Position numbers and translations under genes: made by a program. The notes under the pieces are model-generated. The model saw nothing but the letters and a program-made list of their open reading frames with translations. It was not told where the DNA came from and made no database searches. From Candidatus Moraniibacteriota bacterium (lineage in GTDB: Bacteria; Patescibacteriota; Minisyncoccia; Moranbacterales; UBA9337): a DNA stretch of 34,873 bases. This document shows positions 9,817-19,278 of the stretch, piece by piece (the first letter of the stretch is position 1; every line of letters starts with the position of its first letter). The DNA is taken from positions 1 to 34,873 of the forward strand of contig JALNYX010000004.1 in assembly GCA_023229615.1 (NCBI GenBank), given 5' to 3'.

Positions 9817-10002
9817 ATGGCAAAAAAATCGACAGAAGCAAGAGCAAATAAGAAACCTAAATTTTCCACTCGAGAAGTGAGACGCTGTTGGAAGTGCGGA
9901 AGAAAGCATGGATATATGAGAAAATTTGATATTTGCCGAATTTGTTTTCGAGAATTGGCAAGTAAGGGAGAAATTCCAGGAGTTACAAAAAGTAGCTGGT
10001 AA
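9817..10002 (+). CDS. rpsN: 30S ribosomal protein S14, short zinc-binding type (S14 type Z)
   Basis: 61 aa; RCWKCGR...[20 protein letters not shown]. Confidence 0.97.
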   Translation: MAKKSTEARANKKPKFSTREVRRCWKCGRKHGYMRKFDICRICFRELASKGEIPGVTKSSW

Positions 10003-10005
10003 TAT

Positions 10006-10088
10006 AAAGTTATAAATGTTAAATACGTTCAAGGCGTTCAATTTGCAAGAAGCGATGGAACGATTAGAACAATATAGAACGATTAGAA
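10006..10088. repeat. 9-nt-period palindromic repeat, copy B (rpsN-rpsH spacer), same family as 7479-7580
   Basis: Left units tacgttcaa/ggcgttcaa; right units gaacgatta/gaacaatat/gaacgatta. Confidence 0.65.
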
Positions 10089-10095
10089 AAAATTT

Positions 10096-10506
10096 ATGTT
10101 AGATCCAATTAGCGACATGTTAACAAGAATCAGAAATGCTCAGGTGGCTAAGCACCGAGTTGTAAAGATGCCTTTTTCTAAGGTTAAGCTTGCGGTTGCA
10201 AAAATTTTAAGAGAAGAAGGTTTTGTTGATGCGGTTGAGAGGGTAAAAACTGAAAGAAAAATTGATTTTATGGAAATATCTCTAAAATACGATTTTGATC
10301 GGGAAAAGAATTCCAAAGTTCCCGTGATAAGTGGTATCAAGAGAGTGAGTAAAGAGGGACAGAGAATTTATGTTAAAAAAGGTGAAATTCGAAAAGTGAA
10401 GAATGGTTTGGGAATTTCCATCGTTTCGACATCGAAGGGTGTTGTCACAGGAGAAAGTGCTCGAAAAGAAGGATTGGGAGGAGAATTAATTTGTGAAGTT
10501 TGGTAG
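10096..10506 (+). CDS. rpsH: 30S ribosomal protein S8
   Basis: DPISDMLTRIRNA, ILREEGFV, IVSTSKGV, GGELICEVW. Confidence 0.98.
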   Translation: MLDPISDMLTRIRNAQVAKHRVVKMPFSKVKLAVAKILREEGFVDAVERVKTERKIDFMEISLKYDFDREKNSKVPVISGIKRVSKEGQRIYVKKGEIRKVKNGLGISIVSTSKGVVTGESARKEGLGGELICEVW

Positions 10507-10511
10507 ATAAT

Positions 10512-10538
10512 ACGGGACAAATAAGTCCAATAAGACAT
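10512..10538 (+). repeat. degenerate 9-mer tandem repeat (ATAAGACAT-like)
   Basis: acgggacaa ataagtcca ataagacat; related to 29319-29354. Confidence 0.5.
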
Positions 10539-10548
10539 ATCTAAAACT

Positions 10549-11088
10549 ATGAGTAGAATAGGTAAAAAACCAGTTGAAATCAGTGCAGGAGTCGAAGTTA
10601 AAGTCGAATCCAATGTTATTTCGGTGAAAGGACCAAAAGGAAATTTGGAGTTTGTTTTCCGTCCAGAAGTTGTTGTTAAAGTTGAGGAGAATATGGTTAA
10701 GGTTGAAAAGAAAACCAATTCAAAACTTGGAGCTTCTTTGTGGGGAACAACCAGTCGAATTATTGAGAATATGATTAAGGGTGTTTCTGAAGGATTTGAA
10801 AAAAAGTTAGAATTGAATGGAGTTGGATATAGAATGGAAGTACAGGGAAAGAAAATGAAATTAGCCCTTGGTTTTTCTCATCCAGTAGAGGTTGAAATTC
10901 CTGAAGGAATTAGCGCTGTTGTGGAAAAGAATACTTTGACTATCAACGGAATTGATAAGCAAAAAGTTGGACAATTTGCAACCGATATTCGTTTTCTTAA
11001 GCCAGTTGAGCCGTATAAAGGTAAAGGATTTAAATATACCAATGAGATTGTCCGTCGCAAAGAGGGAAAGAAGGCGTCATCTGATTAA
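10549..11088 (+). CDS. rplF: 50S ribosomal protein L6
   Basis: MSRIGKKPV, VKGPKG, GVGYR, LGFSHPV, EPYKGKG, RKEGK. Confidence 0.98.
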   Translation: MSRIGKKPVEISAGVEVKVESNVISVKGPKGNLEFVFRPEVVVKVEENMVKVEKKTNSKLGASLWGTTSRIIENMIKGVSEGFEKKLELNGVGYRMEVQGKKMKLALGFSHPVEVEIPEGISAVVEKNTLTINGIDKQKVGQFATDIRFLKPVEPYKGKGFKYTNEIVRRKEGKKASSD

Positions 11089-11183
11089 AATTTAAAATAG
11101 TTGTTAGCCTATAGTTGCACTAGTCATTTTATTGAGAGAAAAGTATGCGCTGGTGAATCTAGAAGCAATTGAAGTTAAAAAAT

Positions 11184-11534
11184 ATGAACAATAAAAGAGC
11201 ATTAAGATATCAAAGAGGGAAACGCGTAAGAGCGAAGATTTCTGGAACGGCAGAGCGTCCGAGACTTTCAGTTTTTCGAAGTTTGCGCGGAGTTTATGCG
11301 CAGGCAATTGATGATGTGAATGGAAAAACTGTAGCGTCATCAAATTGGAAAGAGGCATCAAAGACGACCAAAAAGAACGATATCGAAAGAGCAAAGGAAG
11401 TTGGAAAGTTGCTTGCAGATAAATGCATTAAATTGAAAATAACGGAAGCGGTTTTTGACCGAAATGGATACAAGTATCACGGAAAGGTAAAGGCGATGGC
11501 TGAAGGAGCTCGAGAAGGTGGATTGAAATTTTAA
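11184..11534 (+). CDS. rplR: 50S ribosomal protein L18
   Basis: [45 protein letters not shown]. Start at ATG 11184. Confidence 0.97.
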   Translation: MNNKRALRYQRGKRVRAKISGTAERPRLSVFRSLRGVYAQAIDDVNGKTVASSNWKEASKTTKKNDIERAKEVGKLLADKCIKLKITEAVFDRNGYKYHGKVKAMAEGAREGGLKF

Positions 11535-11536
11535 TT

Positions 11537-11587
11537 TACTAATTACTAATTAAGTACTAATATACTAATTACGAATATTACGAATTT
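11537..11587 (+). repeat. TACTAAT/TACGAAT short tandem repeat (rplR-rpsE spacer)
   Basis: tactaat tactaat taag tactaat a tactaat tacgaat at tacgaat. Confidence 0.65.
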
Positions 11588-11597
11588 TTAATAGCTT

Positions 11598-12116
11598 ATG
11601 GAAAATAATAAGGAAAAAAGAGGGAATAAGTTTGGTGGCAGAAAACCAAGAAGGGAAAAGCCTGAATTCGAGCAAAAGCTTTTGGATCTAGCTAGGGTTA
11701 CCCGTGTGGTTAAAGGAGGACGACGTTTTCGTTTTCGTGCCACTTTGGTTATCGGCGATCGAAAAGGGCGAGTTGGAGTTGGAGTAGCCAAAGGATCGGA
11801 TGTGTCTGATGCCATTGCTAAAGCGCTTAATGATGCTAAAAAAGAAATCATTAATGTGCAATTGGTTGGCGGAACCCTTCCTCATGATGTTTTCTTCAAG
11901 CAGGGAAGTGCCAAGGTGCTTTTGAAGCCAGCTTCAAAGGGACGAGGAGTTGTTGCCGGAGGTGCAGTGCGAGCGGTTATGGAATTGGCAGGAGTGAGTG
12001 ATGTTGTGTCGAAATCATTAGGAACTTCAAATAAGTTAAATGTGGCGCGAGCTGCTATTGAAGCTTTGAAGCAATTAAAGAAAGTTCCGATGAGAAAGAT
12101 ATCTGTTAAGAAATAA
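11598..12116 (+). CDS. rpsE: 30S ribosomal protein S5
   Basis: [42 protein letters not shown]. Confidence 0.98.
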   Translation: MENNKEKRGNKFGGRKPRREKPEFEQKLLDLARVTRVVKGGRRFRFRATLVIGDRKGRVGVGVAKGSDVSDAIAKALNDAKKEIINVQLVGGTLPHDVFFKQGSAKVLLKPASKGRGVVAGGAVRAVMELAGVSDVVSKSLGTSNKLNVARAAIEALKQLKKVPMRKISVKK

Positions 12117-12161
12117 ATTTTTATCAAATAGAATTTTTAGAATTTTGTAAAACCTAAAGCC

Positions 12162-12737
12162 ATGCAAATACACGAATTAAAAGTTAAGAGTAAGAAAAAT
12201 CGAAAGCGAATTGGACGCGGAGGAAAAAGAGGAACATATTCCGGAAAAGGAAATAATGGACAGAAAGCGCGTTCAGGAGCTAAACGAGATTATATCTTCG
12301 AGGGAGGAAAGTCCACGTTGATTGAGCGTTTAAAGAAAGTTCGCGGGTTCAAATCTATCGCGCCTAAGAAATTGGTTTTGAGTTTGGATATGTTGGAAAA
12401 GAAATTTGCCAATGGCGAGACTGTTAATTTTGAAACTTTAGTAGCGAAAAAAGTTTTCCGAAAAAATGAAATTTCCAGCGGAGTAAAGATTTTGGGGACT
12501 GGAAAGATAACCAAGAAAATTTCAGTAGACAAGGAAATTTTGACATCTGATTCGGCTAGAATTGCTATCGAAAAAGCTGGAGGAAAAGTTGTGGGAGCAT
12601 CAAAGAGAGGAAGAGAAAGGAAAGCGGATATGATGCGAGATGAGAAGAAAGTGGAAAAAGTTGAGAAGGCTGAAGAGATTGAAAAAACTGAAAAGCCAAA
12701 AAAGAAAGAGGTAAAAAAAGCGACTAGCAAGAAATAA
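12162..12737 (+). CDS. rplO: 50S ribosomal protein L15 with K/E-rich C-terminal tail
   Basis: RIGRGG, SGKGNNGQKARSG, FEGG, VKILGTG, AIEKAGG. Confidence 0.96.
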   Translation: MQIHELKVKSKKNRKRIGRGGKRGTYSGKGNNGQKARSGAKRDYIFEGGKSTLIERLKKVRGFKSIAPKKLVLSLDMLEKKFANGETVNFETLVAKKVFRKNEISSGVKILGTGKITKKISVDKEILTSDSARIAIEKAGGKVVGASKRGRERKADMMRDEKKVEKVEKAEEIEKTEKPKKKEVKKATSKK

Positions 12738-12753
12738 ATAGAACTTCAAATAG

Positions 12754-12786
12754 AAAAAATCCTTGGCGTAAGCTGAGGATTTTTTT
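12754..12786 (+). terminator. intrinsic terminator ending the S10-spc transcript after rplO
   Basis: AAAAAATCCTTGGC-GTAA-GCTGAGGATTTTTTT. Confidence 0.8.
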
Positions 12787-12899
12787 GTTTGTTTATTTTG
12801 ATAATTTTGAGTGTAAGGGTTTTTTTATGTAAAATTCTATGTAAGTTCCTTTTGTATTTTCAAGGAGGATTATTTTTTAGATCGTGTATTACGAGGGGG

Positions 12900-12928
12900 T
12901 TGACATTTTGACGATTTGGTTATATATT
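12900..12928 (+). promoter_or_regulatory. sigma70-type promoter candidate for typA
   Basis: TTGACA-17 nt-TATATT. Confidence 0.5.
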
Positions 12929-12998
12929 TATTAGGTTATAGCTATTCTGCTTTTGAACAGGCAGTTTTTTATTCAGTAATAATTTTAAAATAAATTTT

Positions 12999-14780
12999 AT
13001 GGAAATTCGAAATATTGCAATTATTGCTCATGTGGATCATGGAAAAACAACCATTACTGATGCTATTTTGCGTCAAACTGGAATGGTTAGCGACGAAGGA
13101 GTGACGATGGATAGCAATGCGTTGGAAAAAGAAAGAGGAATTACGATTTATTCAAAAAATACCTCTATTTTTTATAAAGATACAAAGATAAATATTGTTG
13201 ATACGCCTGGGCATGCTGATTTCGGAAGTGAAGTTGAGCGTGTTTTGCGTTCCATTGACAGTGTTATTTTGGTAGTGGACGCGCAAGAGGGTCCAATGCC
13301 TCAAACACGTTTTGTGCTCAAAAAATCCTTGGAATTGGGATTAAAACCTATTGTGGTTCTCAATAAAATAGACAAACCTGCTGCTCAACCGGAAATTGCT
13401 AAGGAGCAAGTTTTTGAGTTGTTTTTGGATTTGGGAGCCAGTGATGAACAATTGGAATTTACAACTGTATATGCGATTGGAAGAGAGGGAATTGCAAAAA
13501 TGAATTTGGAGGATGATTCGAAAGATTTGACTCCACTTTTAGATACGATTTTAAAAGAAGTTGCTCCGGCCAAATCAGATACTTCCGTTCCTTTTCGTAT
13601 GCAACCTTTTTCTTTGGGATATGATAATTTCTTGGGACGTTTGGCGATTGGAAGAGTATATGAAGGAAAGGTGAAGAGCGGAGAGGTGATAATCAAGAAG
13701 CCGGATGGAGAGGTTCGCAAAGGAAAAATTATCAAGATTCAAACTTTCAAAGGATTAGTAAAAGAAGATGTTTCCGAGGCGATTGCCGGAGATATTGTGA
13801 TGGTGGCAGGACTTCCGGATATTTTTATCGGAGAAACAATTTGTGAAAATGAAGGACAGGAACCACTTCCAGCAATTAAAGTTGATGAGCCAACAATTTC
13901 TTTGAATTTTATGGTTAATGATTCTCCTTTTGCCGGACGCGAGGGAAAGTTTGTGACAAATAAGCAAATTCGCGAGAGATTAGAAAAAGAACTTGAGGTG
14001 AACGTAGGACTTCGGATTGATTTTTCTTCCGATTCATATAAGGTTTATGGACGCGGGGAATTGCATATTGCCGTATTGCTTGAAAATATGAGAAGAGAAG
14101 GATTTGAAATTCAAGCTTCTCAGCCACAGGTTATTATTAAGGAGGAGGATGGTCAGAAAATGGAACCTTTTGAAGAGGTAACTGTGGATGTTCCTGAAGC
14201 ATTGTCCGGATCGGTGATTGAAAAAATTGGAAAACGACAGGGAATAATGACAGAAATGAAGCAACGCAATGGACAAACGAGGATGATTTTTGCCGCTCCG
14301 ACAAGAGGAATTTTGGGTTATCGAAGTCAATTTATCGTTGATACGAAAGGAGAGGGAATATTTTCTAGTCGATTTTTGGAATTTCGTCCATATGTCGGAG
14401 AAATCAAGAAGCGTAATGTTGGTTCAATGATTTCGATGATTGGAGGAAAGGCGTTGGGATTTTCTTTGGCGAATCTTCAAGAGCGTGGGGTTTTGTATAT
14501 TGGAGCGGGAACTGAGGTGTATGAAGGAATGGTTATTGGTAATGTTTCTAAAGGTGAGGATATGTCTGTAAATCCAATTAAGGGAAAACAGCTTACTAAT
14601 ATGCGTGCCAGTGGTACGGATGATGCAATTCAGCTTGTTCCTCCGACGAAATTGGATATTGAGAAGGGAATGGAATTGATGGCTGAGGATGAATATTTGG
14701 AAGTGACTCCGCAAAGTGTTCGTTTGCGAAAACAATATTTAACTGAGAATGATAGAATAAGAGCAAAGAGGAAGAAATAA
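12999..14780 (+). CDS. typA: translational GTPase TypA/BipA
   Basis: [79 protein letters not shown]. Confidence 0.97.
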   Translation: MEIRNIAIIAHVDHGKTTITDAILRQTGMVSDEGVTMDSNALEKERGITIYSKNTSIFYKDTKINIVDTPGHADFGSEVERVLRSIDSVILVVDAQEGPMPQTRFVLKKSLELGLKPIVVLNKIDKPAAQPEIAKEQVFELFLDLGASDEQLEFTTVYAIGREGIAKMNLEDDSKDLTPLLDTILKEVAPAKSDTSVPFRMQPFSLGYDNFLGRLAIGRVYEGKVKSGEVIIKKPDGEVRKGKIIKIQTFKGLVKEDVSEAIAGDIVMVAGLPDIFIGETICENEGQEPLPAIKVDEPTISLNFMVNDSPFAGREGKFVTNKQIRERLEKELEVNVGLRIDFSSDSYKVYGRGELHIAVLLENMRREGFEIQASQPQVIIKEEDGQKMEPFEEVTVDVPEALSGSVIEKIGKRQGIMTEMKQRNGQTRMIFAAPTRGILGYRSQFIVDTKGEGIFSSRFLEFRPYVGEIKKRNVGSMISMIGGKALGFSLANLQERGVLYIGAGTEVYEGMVIGNVSKGEDMSVNPIKGKQLTNMRASGTDDAIQLVPPTKLDIEKGMELMAEDEYLEVTPQSVRLRKQYLTENDRIRAKRKK

Positions 14781-14872
14781 CCTTTACATTTTTTGAGATT
14801 GTTGTATTTTTATATTCAGTTGTTTTATGGTTCTTTTTTTATTTTATTCTTTTCTTAAAAGGAGGGGGAAGA

Positions 14873-15163
14873 ATGAAAATATGTATCACTAGCGAGAGCA
14901 ATGAGGCAAAAAGATTAAAGGAAATTGCTGGCTCAACTGAGGGCATTGAGCTTTGTGATGTGGAAAAAATATATGAAGCAGACGTGGTCATATATTTTTC
15001 TTTAAACGATATGAAAAAATATTTCGTCCATCCGGATGGAAGAATTATTTTTTTTGTTTATTGCGAATCTCCGATATGGTATTATACTCAGGTTTTCAAA
15101 TGCGTAACCATTGAAGATTTGGAAAATAATTTTCCTAAATTCATCGCCGATTGTTGCGCGTGA
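14873..15163 (+). CDS. hypothetical protein (96 aa)
   Basis: Strong RBS AAAGGAGG upstream and its own terminator downstream; no recognised motif. Confidence 0.55.
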   Translation: MKICITSESNEAKRLKEIAGSTEGIELCDVEKIYEADVVIYFSLNDMKKYFVHPDGRIIFFVYCESPIWYYTQVFKCVTIEDLENNFPKFIADCCA

Positions 15164-15174
15164 TGATAGTTTTA

Positions 15175-15212
15175 ACAGGGAGGTACTCACGTAGTGTCTC
15201 CCTGTATTTTTT
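15175..15212 (+). terminator. intrinsic terminator
   Basis: ACAGGGAGGTACT-CACGT-AGTGTCTCCCTGT-ATTTTTT. Confidence 0.7.
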
Positions 15213-15293
15213 ACATACTCTTGAAATAATATCGCTTTTGATGTATATTTATATAAGAAATGAAAGGATAATTTGAGATAATAAAAAGAAATT

Positions 15294-16564
15294 ATGATTG
15301 ATAAAATAATGCAAGTTTTTAAGGTGAGGGAATTGCGTAATAAAATCCTGTTTATTGTCGGTCTTTTGGTGGTTTTTCGCTTGGCGGCCAATATTCCAGT
15401 TCCAGGAGTGGATGTGGCGCAATTGAAAAACTTTTTTGACAGCAATCAACTGTTTGGACTTCTTAATATGTTTTCCGGAGGAGGATTGGCGAATATTTCT
15501 ATTGTTCTTTTGGGGGTTGGACCATATATTACTGCTTCGATTATTATGCAACTATTAACGATGATTATCCCTCGATTGGAACAAATTTACAAAGAAGAGG
15601 GAGAAGCAGGACGACAGAAATTCAATATGTGGACTCGCTGGATTACTGTTCCGCTTGCGGCAATGCAAACCTTTGCGATGATTAGTCTTTTGCGCAGTCA
15701 GCAAGTTTTGGGAGAATTATCTCCTTTTAATATGTTTGTGATTATTGTGGTGGCGACGGCCGGGACGATATTTTGATGTGGCTGGGAGAGTTAATCACGG
15801 AAAAAGGAATTGGCAATGGAGTTTCTTTGATAATTTTTGCCGGAATTGTGGCTAGTATTCCCAGCTCTTTTTCTCGCTTAATTGCAACTTTTGATTCAAC
15901 AGATTTTTTCAGTTATCTCATTTTTTTGGCGATTGGACTGGCAACAATTGCTGGTGTGGTTTTGGTTAATGAGGGACAGAGAAATATTCCAGTGTCCTAT
16001 GCCAAGAGAATTCGCGGAAATCAGACGTTGGGCGGGACTTCTACTCATTTGCCACTTCGAGTTAATCAGGCAGGAGTTATTCCAATTATCTTTGCAATTT
16101 CGATTATGCTTTTTCCGGGAGTAGTAGCTAGTTTTTTCGCCAATTCATCAAATGAGATGGTGGCTAATTCCGCTCAATTCGTGAGTTCTCTTTTCCAAAA
16201 CCAAATTTTTTATGGAGCGGCTTATTTTCTGATGGTAGTTTTGTTTACTTATTTTTACACAGCAGTTGTTTTTGATCCATATAAAATATCGGAGAATTTG
16301 CAAAAGCAAGGAGGATATATTCCAGGTATTCGACCAGGAGAATCAACCGCAGTATATTTGAATAAGATTATTAACCGTATTACTCTTTCCGGATCTTTGT
16401 TCTTGGGATTGATTGCCATTCTTCCGTTGGTGGTTCAGGGCGTGACAAAGATTGGAGCGATGACAATTGGAGGTACTAGTATTTTGATTGCAGTTTCTGT
16501 GGTTATCGAGATGATCAAACAAATCGAAAGCCAAATGGTGATGAGGGATTATGAGGGATTTTAA
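15294..16564 (+). CDS. secY: preprotein translocase SecY, interrupted by a 1-nt frameshift at ~15771-15775 (ORFs 15294-15776 and 15773-16564)
   Basis: N-half LGVGPYITASIIMQLL, EEGEAGRQK; C-half WLGELITEKGIGNGVSLIIFAGI, NQAGVIPIIFA, IPGIRPG, GGTSILI. One extra T in ATATTTTGATGTGG restores AGTIFLMWLGE. Confidence 0.95.
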
Positions 16565-16589
16565 ATCTTTATAATGACTAAATTTTAAG

Positions 16590-17360
16590 ATGACTATTTC
16601 GATTAAAAATGATAATGAAATAAAGTTAATGAGAGAGAGTGGTCGAAGGCTGGCTCAGGTTATGGTTGAATTGGAAAAAGCGGTACATCCGGGAATATCA
16701 ACATTGATACTAGACAAGCTCGCCGAGGAGCTTGTTTTGCGAAAAGGAGGAATTCCGGCTTTTAAGGGCTATGGAAAAGAAACCGGCAATCCATTCCCGG
16801 CTACTATTTGTGCGTCGATTAATGATGAAGTTGTACACGGAATTCCTTCTGAGAATGTTGTTTTGAAGGAAGGCGATATTTTGAAAATTGATATTGGAAT
16901 GAAATATCAAGGATTTTTTTCAGATATGGCGCGCAGTTTTGGGGTGGGGAATATTGGCGAAAAGGAAAAAAGAATAATTGAAACAGTGAAAAATGCTCTT
17001 TCTGAAGGAATAAAGAAAATTAAAAATGGTGGAAAATTGAGCGAGTATTCAAAAGCGGTTCAGACGTACGTTGAGGATAATGGATATTCAGTGATTCGAA
17101 ATTTGGTCGGTCATGGTATTGGCAAGAAACTGCATGAAGATCCTCAAATCCCCAATTATTACAACCGAAGAATGGGGGATTTGAAATTAGAAGTAGGAAT
17201 GACGCTGGCGTTGGAGCCAATGATAAACGAAGGAGGATATGAAACGCGTCTGGGAGATGATGGTTGGGTTTTCAAGACTAAAGATGGAAAACTTAGCGCT
17301 CACTGGGAAGACACAATTCTTATTACGGAAAAAGGAGTGGAGATTTTGACGATATTATGA
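16590..17360 (+). CDS. map: methionine aminopeptidase type I
   Basis: CASINDEVVHGIP, DIG, SDMARS, GHGIGKKLHEDP, LEPMIN, SAHWEDT. Confidence 0.96.
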   Translation: MTISIKNDNEIKLMRESGRRLAQVMVELEKAVHPGISTLILDKLAEELVLRKGGIPAFKGYGKETGNPFPATICASINDEVVHGIPSENVVLKEGDILKIDIGMKYQGFFSDMARSFGVGNIGEKEKRIIETVKNALSEGIKKIKNGGKLSEYSKAVQTYVEDNGYSVIRNLVGHGIGKKLHEDPQIPNYYNRRMGDLKLEVGMTLALEPMINEGGYETRLGDDGWVFKTKDGKLSAHWEDTILITEKGVEILTIL

Positions 17361-17397
17361 TCAAGAAATAATTATAAAGACTGTTTGTTTGAATTTT

Positions 17398-17820
17398 ATG
17401 AATAAGAATGACAAGAAATATTTGGGGATTGATTGGGGGAGCGCCAAAATCGGATTGGCGGTTGCTGATGAAGAAACGAAGATTTCTTTTGGGTATGGAA
17501 AAATTGAAAATGACAGAAATTTATTGGAAAATTTGATAAAAATAATTACCAAAGAAGAAATTGATGCGGTTGTAATTGGAATTCCTGAGCATATTGTTCG
17601 GCAAGGAGAAGATTTTGAAGGAAAACTGCTAGGAGATGAAATTGAAAAAAAAACAAAGATACAGGTGTACTATCAAAATGAAATGTTTACCACGAAAATG
17701 GCAGAAGCGAATTTGATCGAGCGGGGAACTAAAAAAATCAAGAATTTTGATGATGAAGAATCCGCCAGAATAATATTGCAAGAATGGATGGATTGCAAGA
17801 GTATTGAAAGCAGGGCTTAG
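17398..17820 (+). CDS. ruvX: YqgF/RuvX-family RNase H-fold nuclease (pre-16S rRNA processing)
   Basis: YLGIDWGSAKIGLA, VVIGIP, NEMFTT, DEESARIILQ. Confidence 0.88.
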   Translation: MNKNDKKYLGIDWGSAKIGLAVADEETKISFGYGKIENDRNLLENLIKIITKEEIDAVVIGIPEHIVRQGEDFEGKLLGDEIEKKTKIQVYYQNEMFTTKMAEANLIERGTKKIKNFDDEESARIILQEWMDCKSIESRA

Positions 17821-17924
17821 TATTTTGGAAAAAGATGAGGTTGTTTGTTTATGTTGAATATTTCGTTTTTTTGTAGTATAGTTAAAATGGATGTGGGGTA
17901 TGAGTTCTTGAATAAAAATTCAAA

Positions 17925-18473
17925 ATGCAAAATAAAAAATATCAAAAAGGATTTACATTGATCGAGCTTTTAATTACCATTGCAATCATTGGTATTTTGT
18001 CGAGTGTGATTTTGGTAAGCCTGAATAGTTCTAGGGATAAGGCAAGGAAGGCGAATGCCATTTCGATGGCAAAGAGTATCCAAACGGTAATGGAGATGTG
18101 TATGATTAATTATACAGTTGCCGATGATGTCGGAAACGGAAGTTTTGTTGCTGGTTGTGATCCTGACAACGGAAGAGCTCTTTGCGATTTTGTACATATA
18201 TTAAATGATGGTGTTCCTGACGCAGGACTGCCTATTTGTGATAATTTGGAAACGCAATGGGTTTGGCCTGATTTTTCCTCAACCGGTTATGAATATGTCA
18301 ATTCTGCTTTTGCGCAGACTGATACGCAATTTTTTTATTTCGAGATTCACAAACCAGGAGAGGCAACATCGATTTGCTGTCATCAGAAAGGATGCAATAC
18401 GTCAACATATAGAGCAGATGGAGGCACATGTTATTCAAGGATTATAATTCCTCATATTGTTCCCGCTCGTTAA
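17925..18473 (+). CDS. type IV pilin-like protein with prepilin N-terminal methylation motif
   Basis: KKYQKG|FTLIELLITIAIIGILSSVILVSL..SRDKAR; Cys-rich variable C-terminus. Confidence 0.9.
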   Translation: MQNKKYQKGFTLIELLITIAIIGILSSVILVSLNSSRDKARKANAISMAKSIQTVMEMCMINYTVADDVGNGSFVAGCDPDNGRALCDFVHILNDGVPDAGLPICDNLETQWVWPDFSSTGYEYVNSAFAQTDTQFFYFEIHKPGEATSICCHQKGCNTSTYRADGGTCYSRIIIPHIVPAR

Positions 18474-18520
18474 TTTTTTTGTCGTGTGATTTTTATTTAA
18501 TAATTTTTAAAAAAAAAGAG

Positions 18521-19273
18521 ATGGAAAATAAATTGCATTTGTCCGTTATTATTCCGGCATATAAAGAAGAAGAGAGAATTGGAAGAAATTTGTTGGAGAT
18601 TGAAAAATATCTCAAAGGAAAAAATTTCGAGTATGAAATTTTGGTTGTTGTTGATGGTTCGCCGGATAACACTGCCGAAGTGGCAAGAAATTATTCTCAG
18701 CAGATTGACAATTTGAGAGTGATTGATAATCCGGAAAATCACGGAAAGGGTTATGTTGTCAGGCAGGGACTTCTGGAAGCGAAAGGAAAATATCGTCTTT
18801 TTCTGGATGCTGATGGATCAACCTCAATTAATCATTTGGATAAATTTTTGCCAGAAATCGAAAAAGAAGGTAATGATGTCGTGATTGGATCACGAGATAT
18901 TGACGGTGCGTTTATTCAAATTCATCAACCAAAGCACCGAGAGTTTATGGGAAACGCCGGAAATTGGCTAATTCGAATTGTTTTGGGATTGTGGTCATAT
19001 CCGGATACTCAATGTGGATTTAAGATGCTTAGTGAAAAAGCGGCCAATGAGGTGGCAAGTCGAATGGTAGTAGACCGTTTCGGATTTGATTTTGAATTGA
19101 TTATTTTAGCAAAGAAATTGGGATTTGAAATTAAGCAACTTCCTGTTCGTTGGATGAACGAAGAAGGTTCAACGGTCGGTCTTACGGGACCAAATGGTTT
19201 TATTCAGGTGTTGATTGATTTGTTTAAAACGAAGTGGAGATTAATTTCCGGAAAGTATAATATAAAAAAATAA
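18521..19273 (+). CDS. GT2 polyprenyl-phosphate glycosyltransferase (dolichyl-phosphate beta-glucosyltransferase/ALG5-like)
   Basis: LSVIIPAYKEE, VVDGSPDNT, NHGKG, FLDADGST, IGSR, DTQCGFK, FGFDFE. Start at ATG 18521. Confidence 0.88.
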   Translation: MENKLHLSVIIPAYKEEERIGRNLLEIEKYLKGKNFEYEILVVVDGSPDNTAEVARNYSQQIDNLRVIDNPENHGKGYVVRQGLLEAKGKYRLFLDADGSTSINHLDKFLPEIEKEGNDVVIGSRDIDGAFIQIHQPKHREFMGNAGNWLIRIVLGLWSYPDTQCGFKMLSEKAANEVASRMVVDRFGFDFELIILAKKLGFEIKQLPVRWMNEEGSTVGLTGPNGFIQVLIDLFKTKWRLISGKYNIKK

Positions 19274-19278
19274 TCTTT

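Noticed and set aside
15774-15794. TGA recoding (genetic code 25 or 4) as the explanation for split secY
   Set aside because: Read-through stays in the wrong frame and hits TAA within a few codons. TGA also serves as the normal stop of rpsJ, rplX and map.
214-16910. Many minus-strand and off-frame ORFs overlapping the flavoprotein, tuf, ribosomal proteins, typA, secY and map
   Set aside because: They are shadows of well-supported + strand genes, rich in Phe/Ser/Ile as expected for the antisense of AT-rich coding DNA, with no recognisable motifs.
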